From assembly GCA_951406725.2 (NCBI GenBank), contig OX597817.1:40610001-40674000 (forward strand): a stretch of DNA of 64,000 nt, in the 5' to 3' direction. Each line of letters starts with the position of its first letter. Positions within the stretch are counted from its first letter, which is position 1. A program made the translations under genes and the position numbers. Positions 27,435-39,296 of the stretch are shown here, piece by piece. The stretch is from Octopus vulgaris (Eukaryota). A model generated the notes under the pieces. The model was not told the DNA's origin. It saw only the letters and a program-made list of their open reading frames with translations, and did not search any database.

Positions 27435-28348
27435 TGAGATGTGTGTGGAAATTTAAATACTGGCACTTATGAAAGCTGTTACAAACATTCTAATGTTTAT
27501 GAAAAAATTCTTCCCCATTCAAGAAGTTTTTTCTTAATTCTAGGTTACAGCCATAAGCCAGTATACATATAGCTATTAAAGTGAATGAGATAAAAATATG
27601 GTTTGTTACATTTTGCCAGGCTTTTGAAGGGATTTGATATTTGTTTATATGTTTGGAAATTTTATAATTTATAATTTTATTATCAATGAAATATATATAA
27701 ATTAGATTAAATTTAATGCTACAGTTGAATTTTAATTATTATTGTTATAAAATAACTAAATATGGAAAAGATATTCTCCTCTTCACAGAAGAAAAACAAA
27801 TAGACACATCAAGACACAACAAAAGTATTTTGCCACAAAAGAAATACGAAAATATTTTAGGTTTGTAAGTTGTAAGGCATTGATGCATCTCGTTATACAT
27901 AATTGGCTTTCATGAATATTTGAATAGGTTCATAAATATTGATGAATCTGTTCAAGGAAGATAAGGAAAATATTTTCATCAAAATTGAATCATTGCAAAA
28001 TTCAGGTTTACATTAAATATAATTACCATTCTTAGATAGAAATAAAAATACTTGGAGTATTGTATTTATCATTTGGCAAAACTGAAGTTCCCAAAAAGTC
28101 AAAATAAACTACAATAAACTACAACAGGAAAAGAAACGAGAAAGAAGACTAAAGAGGTAAAACTAAAGAAGGAAGGTGATGTTGTTGTGTAGATAGCCCT
28201 GTAGAGAGAAGTTAACCCTGTAGATAGAAGTTGTGTAGATAGAAGTTAGCCCTGCTCAAGCAGGACTGATTTTAAGCCACACAATCTCTGATGACTCTTC
28301 ATGATGAATGGATGAATGGATGGATGGATGGATTTTAAACTGACCTAC

Positions 28349-28514
28349 CAGTAAAGACAATCCATTGTCTCTAGAGACCAAATTCTTATGGTTCCATCAT
28401 GAGAGCTTGTTATGAACATAAGAGAGTTTTCTGGGTGGAGCTGAAGATTGGATACAGATCTTGTGTGTTCATGGAAAACATGTAGCAATCCACCAATTGA
28501 GCTCCAGACTTTCA
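28349..28514 (-). CDS. WDR87/97-like exon (VKVWSSIGGLLHVFHEHTRSVSNLQLHPENSLMFITSSHDGTIRIWSLETMDCLY)
   Basis: Acceptor catccag, donor gtaggt; 166 nt, phase 1->2; full WD40 repeat (EHTRSV...TSSHDGTIRIW). Confidence 0.95.
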
Positions 28515-28704
28515 CTGGATGAAAATAATTCATAAGCAAAATATAAAATATTAGCACATCATTTTCAATTTTGTTACAGCCATTTTGATCCTTTATTATT
28601 ATCATTATTGTTATTGTTATTGTTATTGTTATTGTTATTGTTATTATTGTTGTTGTCGTTATTATTATTGTTGTTATTGTTATTGTTATTATTATTTTTA
28701 TCAT

Positions 28705-29020
28705 AGACATCGCATAATAAACAATATCGCCAAGTTGTTGATTGAAGATATTGTATCTACCAGGGGTTTGTACTGTTTGTCAAGTCACAACAAGGACCTC
28801 AGACAGACAGTACTTTACACAATATGCATGCAGTTCCAAGTAATGCTGACATTTGCAATACATCAAGATTGTAGGTTATCTCTAAGGTTTTAAGATGTTC
28901 TTTTTTCAGATTGGGTGGTACTGAGCCCAATGCTCTGATGACAATAGGGATAACCTTTATGTTTGACTCTCTTAGCTGCCACATCTTAGCAACCTCAATT
29001 TTCAGGTCTCCATATTTCCT
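28705..29020 (-). mobile_element. Degenerate R4-like RLE retrotransposon 3' end
   Basis: KYGDLKIEVAKMWQL...VIPIVIRALG...ALLGTACILCKVL; adjacent to a (TTA/TTG)n tail. Confidence 0.75.
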
Positions 29021-29603
29021 GATTGTCTGAATCTGGACCCCATTAAGAAAGCCTCTATTCTAAATTATGTTTCTTACCACATCTATCTCCTTTCCTTTCA
29101 ACCTCTTCATTACTGACAAAACCCATTGAGGAAGAAATTCATCTCGCATTCTTTCTAACCAATGGGGCAATTTTCATCTGCTTCCAGTATATATTGTGTT
29201 TTAAACTCAGCATGCCCATAAGAAATATTATATCTGGACAAATATTGCAGTGAATTTGCCTTTCACAATATATTTGCATTAAGTATGACATATTGAAGAC
29301 TACTTTAATTTAATACTGCTTCTATTGCATATAACTGGTGAAGAACAAATATTGAGTGATGATTAGTAGAGAAGAAAGGGAAGAGTAGGTGACAACTGTA
29401 GATTATTATCTATGATGTAGATTATTGTAATCTAAATTTCTGGAAGTTCATTCAATCTGGTTTTGCTTTCATATGCTTTCAGTGACAGATAAAACAAAAT
29501 TAACTGAAGGACAGAAATAACAAATATGTTTTTATTGCATGATCAAAGAAAATATTGTTGGAATGAAAAACAAAAAAACAAAAAAAATATCAATGAACTC
29601 TAC

Positions 29604-29683
29604 CTGTTGTGTCATGGGATGCAGTTACAATGACCTTGGCTTGTGAAGAGAAACAACATCCAGTTATTGCCTCAGTATGGGCT
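29604..29683 (-). CDS. WDR87/97-like exon (RAHTEAITGCCFSSQAKVIVTASHDTT)
   Basis: Acceptor ttttatcag, donor gtagag; 80 nt, phase 2->1; canonical WD40 AH...TASHD motif. Confidence 0.93.
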
Positions 29684-31991
29684 CTGATAAAATGTTAAAA
29701 CAATGTGAATAGACAATCAGAAAACATATTTTAGAATATGAGATTGGAATAATTACATTGCGCATCGTAAATAGTAATGAAATTTCAGAAGAGATGCGGT
29801 TTCATTGTATAGGAAACTATCAGAACTGTGAATTTAGTTGCAATATTTGTGTATCTATAATCATAAACATTCCAATCAAGACCATCCCATTTTTTTTTCA
29901 GATATAGCATTCCTAGATTTTATTATTCACTATATCCTTTTTTGAAACAGTATGGTATGGTTTGAGATAAACTGTTCAGGCTATTTCTAGCAAATTGAAC
30001 AATTAGATAGAAGCTCTCTCATAAAACCATAATGTTCCCCACTCAAATCCCATACCTGCTGACCAATAAAATTTAAGATATTATTATTAAAACTAACTTG
30101 CTTCTCTGTTTGATTGTTCTTTCACGACTTCTAGTTCAATGTAAAATTTTAAGCTGAATTGCTTTATGTATATTCATTTCTACCTCTTTTACAACATTAT
30201 AATTCTTCCATAGACACACAGCTATAGACTGACAACCAATGAAGACGTGTTTTTGGATAAATAAAATTTTGTGATTGCAGTCAGATGCTTCTTGGAGCTT
30301 TAAGTATTATGCACATGAAAACAGAAAGGTATAACATAGTGGAAAAACGAAATCAGCAAGTCCGGATTTGGTAACACAAACAGGAAAATAGAACTCAAAA
30401 CATCATCATCATCGTTTTAATATCCATTTTTCCATGCTTCCATGAATCAGACTCAAAACCTAAGCATAAATATATATATTTTAATTTTAATTGACTGAAG
30501 TAAGACGGCAAGCTGGCAGAATGATTAGCTTGCCAGGCAAAATGCTTAGCGGTATTTCGCCCATCTTTACTTTCTGAGTTCAAATTCTGCCAAGGTTATC
30601 TTTGCCTTTCATCCTTTCAGGGTTGATAAAATAAGTACCATATGTGTACTGGGGTCGATCTAATCGACTGGCCCCTTCCTCAAAAGTTTCAGGTTTTGTA
30701 CCTTTAGTAGAAAGGATTATTTTAATTGGCAGAAGTTAGAAAATGACACAGAGGCTGCAAGTTTCATGTAGCAGCAAACATTTGATAAATGCCAAAGCAT
30801 GAGACTCTTGGCCTTTGAGTCACTTTGTAATTTCTACTGATTAAAATTAAAAATTGCTATTTATTGAAACATTGTCCTTTCTTTAAGTTTCCTTTTGGAT
30901 TATGCTTAGATATTCTGACAACAGTTGGCAAGCCAGAGGACTGCACCAAAGTCTATTGTCTGTTTTGTCATGGTTTTACAGTTGGATGCCCTTCCTAACA
31001 CCAACGTCTTTACAGTGGGTACTGGATGCTTATTGCATACGGCTGACACAAGTGAAGTTATCAAGAAGCTTGCAAGAGAAAATCCTTCAACCGAGGTAGG
31101 GGTAGTATTAAGGGACATGACTTTAAGCCAGGTGATAAGAGATTAAAGTATGATGGAGAGACAGGAACAGGTGTCTTGTTGTAACTATGGTTATCCAAGT
31201 TGGAAGAGAAGTTACAGGAAGGTGAATGAAAGAGATGTGGAATGGATGGGTAAGTAAGAATGTGAGAGGTAAGTGACAGAAGGAGAGAGAGAGAGAAATA
31301 TGCATTAAGTGGTTAACACTGGTGGATACATCGTCAATGTCCTTCAACAGATTTACTCACAAGGTATTGGTTGACCCAGAACTGTAGTAGAAGAGACTTG
31401 ACCAAAGTCTGGCATCCGTGCTAGCGGACTGCTATGAGTATCATCTGAGTGAGATTGTTGCCAGAGCAACAAGCTGGCCTCTGTGCCAATGGCACGTTAA
31501 AAACACCATTCAAGCGTGATCATTACCTGCATCACCTTACTAGCACTTATGCTGGTGGCACGTGAAAAAACATTCAAGTGAGGTCATTGCCAGTGTGGCC
31601 AGACTGGCTCCTGTGCAGGTGGCACATAAAAAGCACCATTTGAGCATGGCCGTTGGCAGTACTGCGTGACTGGCCCTCGTGCCAATGGCACATAAAAGCA
31701 CCCACTACACTCTCGGAGTGGTTGGATTTAGGAAGGGCATCCAGCTGTAGAAACTCTGCCAGATCAGATTGGAGCCTGGTGCAGCCATCTGGTTCGCCAG
31801 TCCTCAGTCAAATCGTCCAACCCATGCTAACATGGAAAGCAGACGTTAAATGATGATGATGATGACTGCACAGTGGAACTGAATTCTTGAAATCACATGG
31901 TTGCATAGTGAACTTCTTAACTACAAGGTCATGCCTATATTTGTATTTTTATACAAAATATTTCTGTAATGATATAGCAATATACACTCAC

Positions 31992-32129
31992 CGTTCTATT
32001 CGATACAGAAGATTTCCCCGCATATTGTACACATGTACATCCATTTCAGAGCAGCAGTAGAGATGATGTGTGGTAGTGTTAACTTCAATCTTTTGGACCC
32101 AACTTCCTCCAACATTTGGCAAAGTTTTT
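31992..32129 (-). CDS. WDR87/97-like exon (KTLPNVGGSWVQKIEVNTTTHHLYCCSEMDVHVYNMRGNLLYRIE)
   Basis: Acceptor tttccag, donor gtgagt; 138 nt, phase 2->2. The coding frame differs from the ORF-track frame. Confidence 0.9.
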
Positions 32130-32391
32130 CTGGAAATACAAAAACAAAATACAAGTTTAGAAAATAAAATTTTGTACTGGTCTTCATGATATACTTGTTA
32201 TGAAAGCTCAAATATTGCATAGGATAAACGTTGAATTCGAATCTGAGGATATTGAACCTCAGAGATAAGATGATGCAGGATAATAAATAAAATAATCTTA
32301 ATCTTGAAGATTATGATCGTAGGTTTGCTCCATGAGGACTGATTTAGTGATACACAAATATTGCAACCAAATTCACTGTCCTAATATTTTC

Positions 32392-33296
32392 AGACAGGGC
32401 TGTTTGTTGTCACTACTCCTGTTCCTTGTCATGCTGGACTGGGTCACCAGGACGGCCTACGCTGCCTCCGGGAAAGATATTCAGTGGACACTGATGAACA
32501 AGCTGGAGGACTTGGACTACGCAGATGATCTCGTGCTACTGTCACATTGTCTACAAGACATGCAAGATAAGGTAGACCACCTGACAGAAACTTCACGGCT
32601 AGTGGACTTGAGGATCATCCAGGAAAAGACAAAAGTGCTGCATATCAACAACAAGCAGGAAGAGCCAATCACAATCGAGGGGGCACTTGTGGAGGACGTT
32701 AGTGAGTTTGTCTATCTTGGCAGCAAGATCAGCAAATCAGGTGGATCAGACGAGGACATCACGGCAAGAAGCAAGGCAAGCCTTCGCTATTCTTCAGCCG
32801 GTATGGAAGTCCACTGCCATCTCAACTCGAACTAAACTCTGCTTATTTAGTTCAAACGTAAAATCTGTGCTTTTGTATGGCTCTGAAACATGGAGAGCCA
32901 CCTGCGGCAACTACAAGAAGATCTAGACCTTCATCAACAAATGTCTTCAGCAGATCTTCCATTTGAAGTGGTTTAACAGAATGCCAAACACTGACCTGTG
33001 GGAAAGGGCCAACCAAGAGCCCATACATGTTCAGATTAGATGAAGGAAATGGAGATGGATCGAACACAAACTGTGGAAAGAACCCTCAAATGTGACATGA
33101 CAAGCACTTGACTAGAACCCACAGTGGAAAAGGAAGCAAGGATGCCTGAAACAGACATGGAAGTGGAGCATTTTGGACAAGCTCAGGACCACTGGCCTGA
33201 TATGGGAAGTAGCCAAGAAACACGCCAATGACCTCAAAAAGTGGAAAACAACTGTTGAGGCTCTATGCTCCACAAGGGGAAAAAAGGATTAAGAAG
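32392..33296 (+). mobile_element. 5'-truncated RTE LINE (RT domain, decayed)
   Basis: RQGCLLS...LDYADDL...FVYLGS; (AAG) tail; perfect 9-bp TSD AATATTTTC at 32383-32391 / 33297-33305. Confidence 0.95.
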
Positions 33297-33520
33297 AATA
33301 TTTTCTTATACAATGAAATATATCTCTTCTGAAATTTCATTACTATTTACAATGTATGATGCAATTATTTCATCCAATATTTTAAAACATGTTTTCTGAT
33401 TATCTATTTGCATTGTTTTAACATTTTATCAGAGCCCATGCTGAGACAATAACTAGATGTTGTTTCTCTTCACAAGCCAAGCTAATTGTAACTGCATCCC
33501 ATGACACACCAGGTAAAGAG
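33297..33520 (+). pseudogene. Inverted duplicate of exon 29604-29683 plus its upstream intron (a further piece lies at 32345-32391)
   Basis: 33433-33512 matches the exon at 74/80 nt with AG/GT retained; flanking intron also matches; five codons altered non-synonymously. Confidence 0.93.
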
Positions 33521-35505
33521 ATTTGATCTGAGACTGTGTGTTGAGAAAGTGAGGGAGTGACAAAAATTTCGATCCCAAATAATAAATATTTAAGTAAAGT
33601 TAACTGTCTGTGTGTTTTTAAATGGCAGAAATGTTAGTACAGAGGACAACATGCTCAGCAGCATTTCATCTGTCTTTACATTCTGAGTTCAAATTCTGGC
33701 GAGGTTGACTTTGCCTTTCATCTTTTTGAGATTGATAAAATAAGTACCAGTTGAGTACTGGGGGGCGATGTGATCGACTTACCCACCTCCTGAACTTGCT
33801 GGCCTTGTTCCAAAATTTGAAACCAGTATGTGTAGGATACCTGTGCCGGTGACACGTAAAAAGCACCGTCCGAATGTGGCAGATGCCAGCGCCACCTGAC
33901 TGGCATCTGTGTCAGTGACACATAAAAGCTCTGACCGATCGTGGCCATTTGCCAGCCCCCTCTGGCCCCTGTGCCACTGTCACGTAAAAAACACTCAGTA
34001 CACTCACAGGGTGGTTGGCATTAGGAAGGGCATCCAGCTGTAGAAACACTGCCAGATCAGACTGGAGCCTGGTGCAGCCTCCTGGCTTCCCAGACCATCA
34101 GTCGAACCGTCCAACCCATGCTAGCATGGAAAACGGACGTTAAATGATGATGATGATGTGTCTTCCATGTTGTGATTGTAATATATTTCTTTACTACCCA
34201 CAAGGGGCTAAACACAGAAGAGACAAACAAGGACAGACAAAGGGATTAAGTCGATTATATCGACCCCAGTGCATAACTGGTACTTATTTAATCGACCTCG
34301 AAAGGATGAAAGGCAAAGTCGACCTCGGCGGAATTTGAACTCAGAACGTAACGACAGACGAAATACGGCTACGTATTTTGCCCGTGTCACAAGTGTCAAA
34401 AGATTGCAGTAAAGAAATTTTCACATAATCCTGTATGTGATCTTTACACTGGAGACAAAGAAAACTTTGGGAAAAATACTAGAAAATCTGAACTCTCAAG
34501 ATTATTATTTTCTCTGAATCAATAATATTATTGAGAATATGTATCAACTGCAGTTTTTATAAAACACAGGAAATGTAATGTTATACAATAGAACAATTCT
34601 CAAATGATATTGTGAGCTGGTTGTTGACTATCAGATAGAGAATGCAGAGAAGCTTATCAGAAAACATCAGAATATTGAGTTTTTTAGAAACCAAAGTATA
34701 CAATAGCTGGTCAGTAAATGAAACTTTATATAAAATAGTTACAAATAAAATATATGAGATTTACACAAGAGATTTGATCTGAAATTGTGTATTAAAACTA
34801 AAACAATAGTATTATGGTAGACTTAAATTAACTGTGTGGCACCTTGGGCAAGTGTCTTCTGTTATATCTTCAGGCTGACCAAATCCTTGTGAGAGGATTT
34901 GATAGATGGAAACTGAAAGAAGCCCATCATATGTGTGTATATGTGCATGTGTGTGTCTATGTGTGTGTTTGTGTCCCTCCCCCACCACCACTTGACAACT
35001 GGTGTTGGTGTATTTACATCCCTGTAACTCAGAGGTTTGACATAAAAATAGCATGGGTATCGGGCTTAAAAAAAAGCACAGGGTCATTTGACTAAAACAT
35101 TCTTCAAGGCTGTGCCCCAGCATGGTCAGAGTCTAATGACTGAAACAAGTAAAAGATAAAAAAATACACAACACACACAGACACACACAAGCACAAAATA
35201 TCTATTTCTTTACTACCCACAAGGGGCTAAACACAGAGGGGACAAACAAGGACAGACAAACGTATTAAGTCGATTACATCAACCCCAGTGCATAACTGGT
35301 ACTTAATTTATTAACCCCGAAAGGATGAAAGGCAAAGTCAACCTCAGTGGAATTTGAACTCAGAACGTAACGGCAGACGAAGTTCGGCTACGCATTTCAC
35401 CCAGTGTGCTAACGTTTCTGCCAGCTCGCTGCCAAAATATCAGAGGAGCTGTGCGGTAAAACTTATAAAGAAGCTATTACTTTTTATAATATAAAATATA
35501 CACTA

Positions 35506-36773
35506 CGAGGGGCGTTCAATAAGTAATGACCCTGACCCACTTCCCATAGCAGTAGAGCAACGACACTTGGCACAGTTATTAGTCTTTTCCTACATAGGAA
35601 CTACCCAGAGTTATGCATTTCTCCCATCGTTTGATACAGCTCTGGAGACCGTTTTTGTAGAAGACCCCAGCTTGGTCCTCCAACCACGACGTGACTTCAG
35701 AAATCAAGGCTGCATCATCTGGGAAACACTTTCCTTTCAAAATCAACTTCATGGCTGGGAAGAGGTGAAAATCAGAGGGTGCAAGGGGAGGAGTTCATAG
35801 CTGCACGCCTGTGCTTCTGATCTGGTGACACGCGAGTTGTGGACCGGAGCGTTGTCCTGCAGGAGGAGGATGCCTTTGCTGATCTTGCCCCGCCTCTTGA
35901 TTTTGATAGCTTCTCTTAATTTCCTCAAAAGTGAAGCATAATAGGCTCCTGTAATTGTGGAACTGTTTGCCAGGAAATCTGTCATCACTACTCCGTCCTG
36001 GTCCCAGAAGACTGTGAGCATAACCTTGTCAGCGGAGGGCTGCACCCTTGCCTTCTTTGGAGGAGGTGAGTCACGGTGCTTTCACTGCATTGACTGGGCT
36101 TTGGTCTATGGATCATAGTGATGGACCCAGGTTTTATCCTGTGTGATCAGTCTTTTGAAAAATTTTGACTCATCTTCTTGGCACATCTCCAAATTCATTC
36201 TCGAGCACTCAACGCGTTCTTGCTTCTGGAAAGGTGTGAGCAACCTGGAAATCCATCTGGCAGACACCTTTTGCATATGCAAATGGTCATGAATGATAGT
36301 TTTCATAGACCCGGTACTAATCTTGACCTCATGGGTTATTTGGTGAATAGTTATGCGTTGACCTTCCAAAATGGCAGCCTCAACTTGATGGACAGATGCC
36401 TCATCAACGGCAGAAGGGGGCGACCAGATCTGGGAGCTGTTTCCACAGAGTTCCGACTATGTTTGAATTCACAATGCCAGCGTTTTACAAGGTCATATGA
36501 TGGGGCATCATCACCATAAGTTACTTTCATTTCATCAAAAATCTCCCGTGGTGTGCGTCCTTTCAAATACAAAAACCAGATCACTGCTCGACACTCAACA
36601 GGCTCCATTTCACACTTGACTCAGTTCAAACACCTGTAAATCAGAAACCACAATTAGTTCAGAGCTGTAATTCGCCACTTAATCTATAGAGGTATAAATA
36701 AGTGCACATGCAATTTCAGCTACATCAAACAACTGCAAGTGGGTCAGGGGCATTACTTATTGAACGCCCCTCG
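35506..36773 (-). mobile_element. Full-length mariner transposon with a frameshifted transposase
   Basis: TIRs cgaggggcgttcaataagtaatg with TA TSD; ORF pieces MEPVECRAVI, WISRLLT, ITQDKTW, QDNAPVH; YSPDL motif deleted. Confidence 0.95.
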
Positions 36774-36994
36774 TATATATGTTTACTCAATATTTTGTTT
36801 CGTGTTTGTATCAGTTAATGTTACATCACTGTCAAAACATATACTCTGAAATGTTAAACATCAAACAACATTGCAAATATGTGTATGCTGAGCAGAGGTG
36901 TATGTGTACATGTGTTTACGTATATATAAGTTATGCATTTGCAAGTGTGTTGTGGAAGTGAGCATAGATTTTATTCAATAAAGTGCATAATTAC

Positions 36995-37071
36995 TTTAAT
37001 TTCAATTCATAGTCAGATAGTGGTTTTATTTCTTTAAACATTTGTGAAGAGACTCTTTGATACTGCCAAAC
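36995..37071 (-). CDS. WDR87/97-like exon (VWQYQRVSSQMFKEIKPLSDYELKL)
   Basis: Pyrimidine tract plus catag, donor gtaatt; 77 nt, phase 0->2, exactly the phase needed between its neighbours; completes GGTK-VW. Confidence 0.88.
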
Positions 37072-37217
37072 CTATGAAGTAAAGAGAGAAAGAGGATATA
37101 ACTATCTATTTATCTGTGTGTGTGTGTTTATATATATATATCTAATATAGGATAAGATTTTCAAAAAGAAATTTATCAGTGGCCAGCATATTTAAAATAT
37201 ACCTTTTAAGGTGAAAA

Positions 37218-37326
37218 TTATAAATAAGGGCAAAAGAAAAAAATTCTTATGCCAAATATAACAATTTAAAGTCTATTTCTCAGCATATTTGGCATAAGAA
37301 TTTTTTTCTTTTGCCCTTATTTATAA
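37218..37326. repeat. Hairpin with 42-bp perfect arms
   Basis: ttataaataagggcaaaagaaaaaaattcttatgccaaatat and its reverse complement. Confidence 0.92.
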
Positions 37327-37348
37327 GTTGTATATATCTATATCTTAT

Positions 37349-38319
37349 ACAAAGTATGGGGGTTTAGTTCACAGGTGATCTAAACGATTAGGTATGTTTG
37401 GTAAGTGCTGTAATGGATTACTAGAACTCCAAGGTTGTAGGCAAGATGGTAGTTATGGAGTTATTGCAGATTTCCGATATAGTGGATATATACTTCTTAA
37501 AGAGGACAACAAACGTTAAGGCGAGGAAAACATCTCAAGTCATATACATTATTATTATTGGAAAAAATTCAAAGTCTTACAGCTGTTTCTGGGATATCCT
37601 AGAGTATGGGATATTCCATCATCAGAGACAAATAGGGAAAATGAGAAGGGTATAGATGATGGAATATCCCATACTCTGTGATATCCCAGAAACAGCTGTA
37701 AGACTTTGAATTTTTTCAATAATAATAGTGTATATGACTTGAGATGTTTTCCTTTCTTTAATGTTTGTTGTCTTCTTTAACAAATATAAATGTTGATATG
37801 TTCACATCTTTTTTCTTGGGATGTCTACTATACCAGGTTTTTAACCCACATGGATCTAAGCAGAATTGCACCTAAGGACTCATGCTCTGGTTTCTATAAC
37901 TTTAGAAAGTTGAACTATGAACTTTTATGCTTCTTTTTTCTTCTTTCTTTCCATCTCCTTATTCTTTTATCCCCTTCCTCTTTGTCATCATCTTATCAAT
38001 GTACATCATTCTCATTTTCCCTACTTTTTCTACCCTATTTGTCTGATGACAAAATATCCCATAATCAGGGATATCCCAGAAACAGCTGTAAGATTTTGAA
38101 TTTCTTCCTAGAATAATATTGTATACAACTTGAGATGTTTGCCTCGCCTTAATGTTTACTGTCCTGTTTAACAATCATATATCTGCTGCATCGGAAATTG
38201 GCAATGGATCCATAACTACCATCCCGACTATAACCTTGGAGCCCCAGTAATCTGTTACAACACTTACCTAGCATACCTAATTGTTTAGATCACCTGTGAA
38301 CTAAATCCCCATACTTTGT
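37349..38319. repeat. Nested inverted repeat of PLE-type terminal repeats
   Basis: Left arm 37349-37650 is complementary to both about 37655-37787 and about 37990-38319. Confidence 0.9.
37574..37629 (-). ncRNA. Minimal type-I hammerhead ribozyme, intact core
   Basis: Minus strand reads GUCU CUGAUGA UGGAAUAUCC-loop-GGAUAUCCCA GAAA CAGCUG UA AGAC: stem I GUCU/AGAC, stem II 9/10 bp, palindromic mini stem III, GUA site. Confidence 0.85.
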
Positions 38320-38438
38320 GTATATGTGTGTGCATGTGTATGTGTGTGTGTGTGTTTATATACATACTGTTAACTGAAGAAAAGAAAATGAAGAGTAGGA
38401 AGTTAATTATTTATTATTAACAAATTGGTCATCCTTAC

Positions 38439-38534
38439 TTCTTACAGTCGTTTCAATTAATACTCAATAATTTAATCACGAACTGGTACATCAAATTTGC
38501 ATTTATGTGACATGAGCATAATTTCATCAGAGAA
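38439..38534 (-). ncRNA. Minimal type-I hammerhead ribozyme, intact core, long stem II
   Basis: Minus strand reads UUCU CUGAUGA AAUUAUGCUCA...UGAGUAUUAAUU GAAA CGACUG UA AGAA. Confidence 0.78.
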
Positions 38535-39233
38535 AAGATGTACCTTGAGATGTTATATCAGTTCATTTCAACAGACTAAATATTAGGGTTTATAATTTGT
38601 ATTTTTATATACTCAGGTGAAAGGTTTACAGATTGATTAGAATACAATTAGGGATAAAGTAAAATAAAGAAAACTAGAAAAATAAAGTAAAAATAGAGAT
38701 GCCTGAGGAAAAAATAAATATAAATAAGGTAAATTTATAGTTAATAAAAAGAATATAATATTCATTAATAAGATATAAATAAAATTATAAAAATTCATAT
38801 ATATATATATATACAATTGTTTGTTTGTACTCCACCTGCCTTCGTCTTTTGTTTATTTTCGTAAAGCTTCCCGTTATATATGTATATATACACATAGTTC
38901 GAATTTATTTCAATTGAATTTAAACTTAATTGTAATTCGAATTTAATTATAGCCATGAAACGTACATAGTGGTTTTACTTATTATATTATACTTATCATT
39001 CTTTTTATACTTTTGGTAAAAAAAAAAAAAATTAAAATTAAAAAAATTTTTTTAAATAAAAAAGTTTTAAAAATGAAAATAAAAATTAAAAAATTTTTTT
39101 AATTTTTAAATTTTATATTATATATATATTAATTATATTTATATTATTTGTCATTTATGTATTGGTTTATGTCTATCACTGTTTGAGTTGCCTAATAGTG
39201 GTTTTATCTCTAATTCATATTTTATATATGTGT

Positions 39234-39296
<63 letters not shown>

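Noticed and set aside
31996-32220. ORF-track translation KLCQMLEEVGSKRL...
   Set aside because: Wrong frame; it stops before the donor, whereas another frame splices cleanly.
33433-33512. Plus-strand exon of a second WD40 gene
   Set aside because: Isolated, with no partner exons on plus, and the changes are non-synonymous; treated as an inverted duplicate.
37655-37705. Plus-strand hammerheads at 37655-37705 and 38043-38094 as active ribozymes
   Set aside because: The first lacks the CU of CUGAUGA; the second has broken stem I and stem II base. Kept only as decayed copies.
39000-39150. Pure A/T quasi-palindromic block
   Set aside because: Low complexity and possibly poor-quality consensus sequence.
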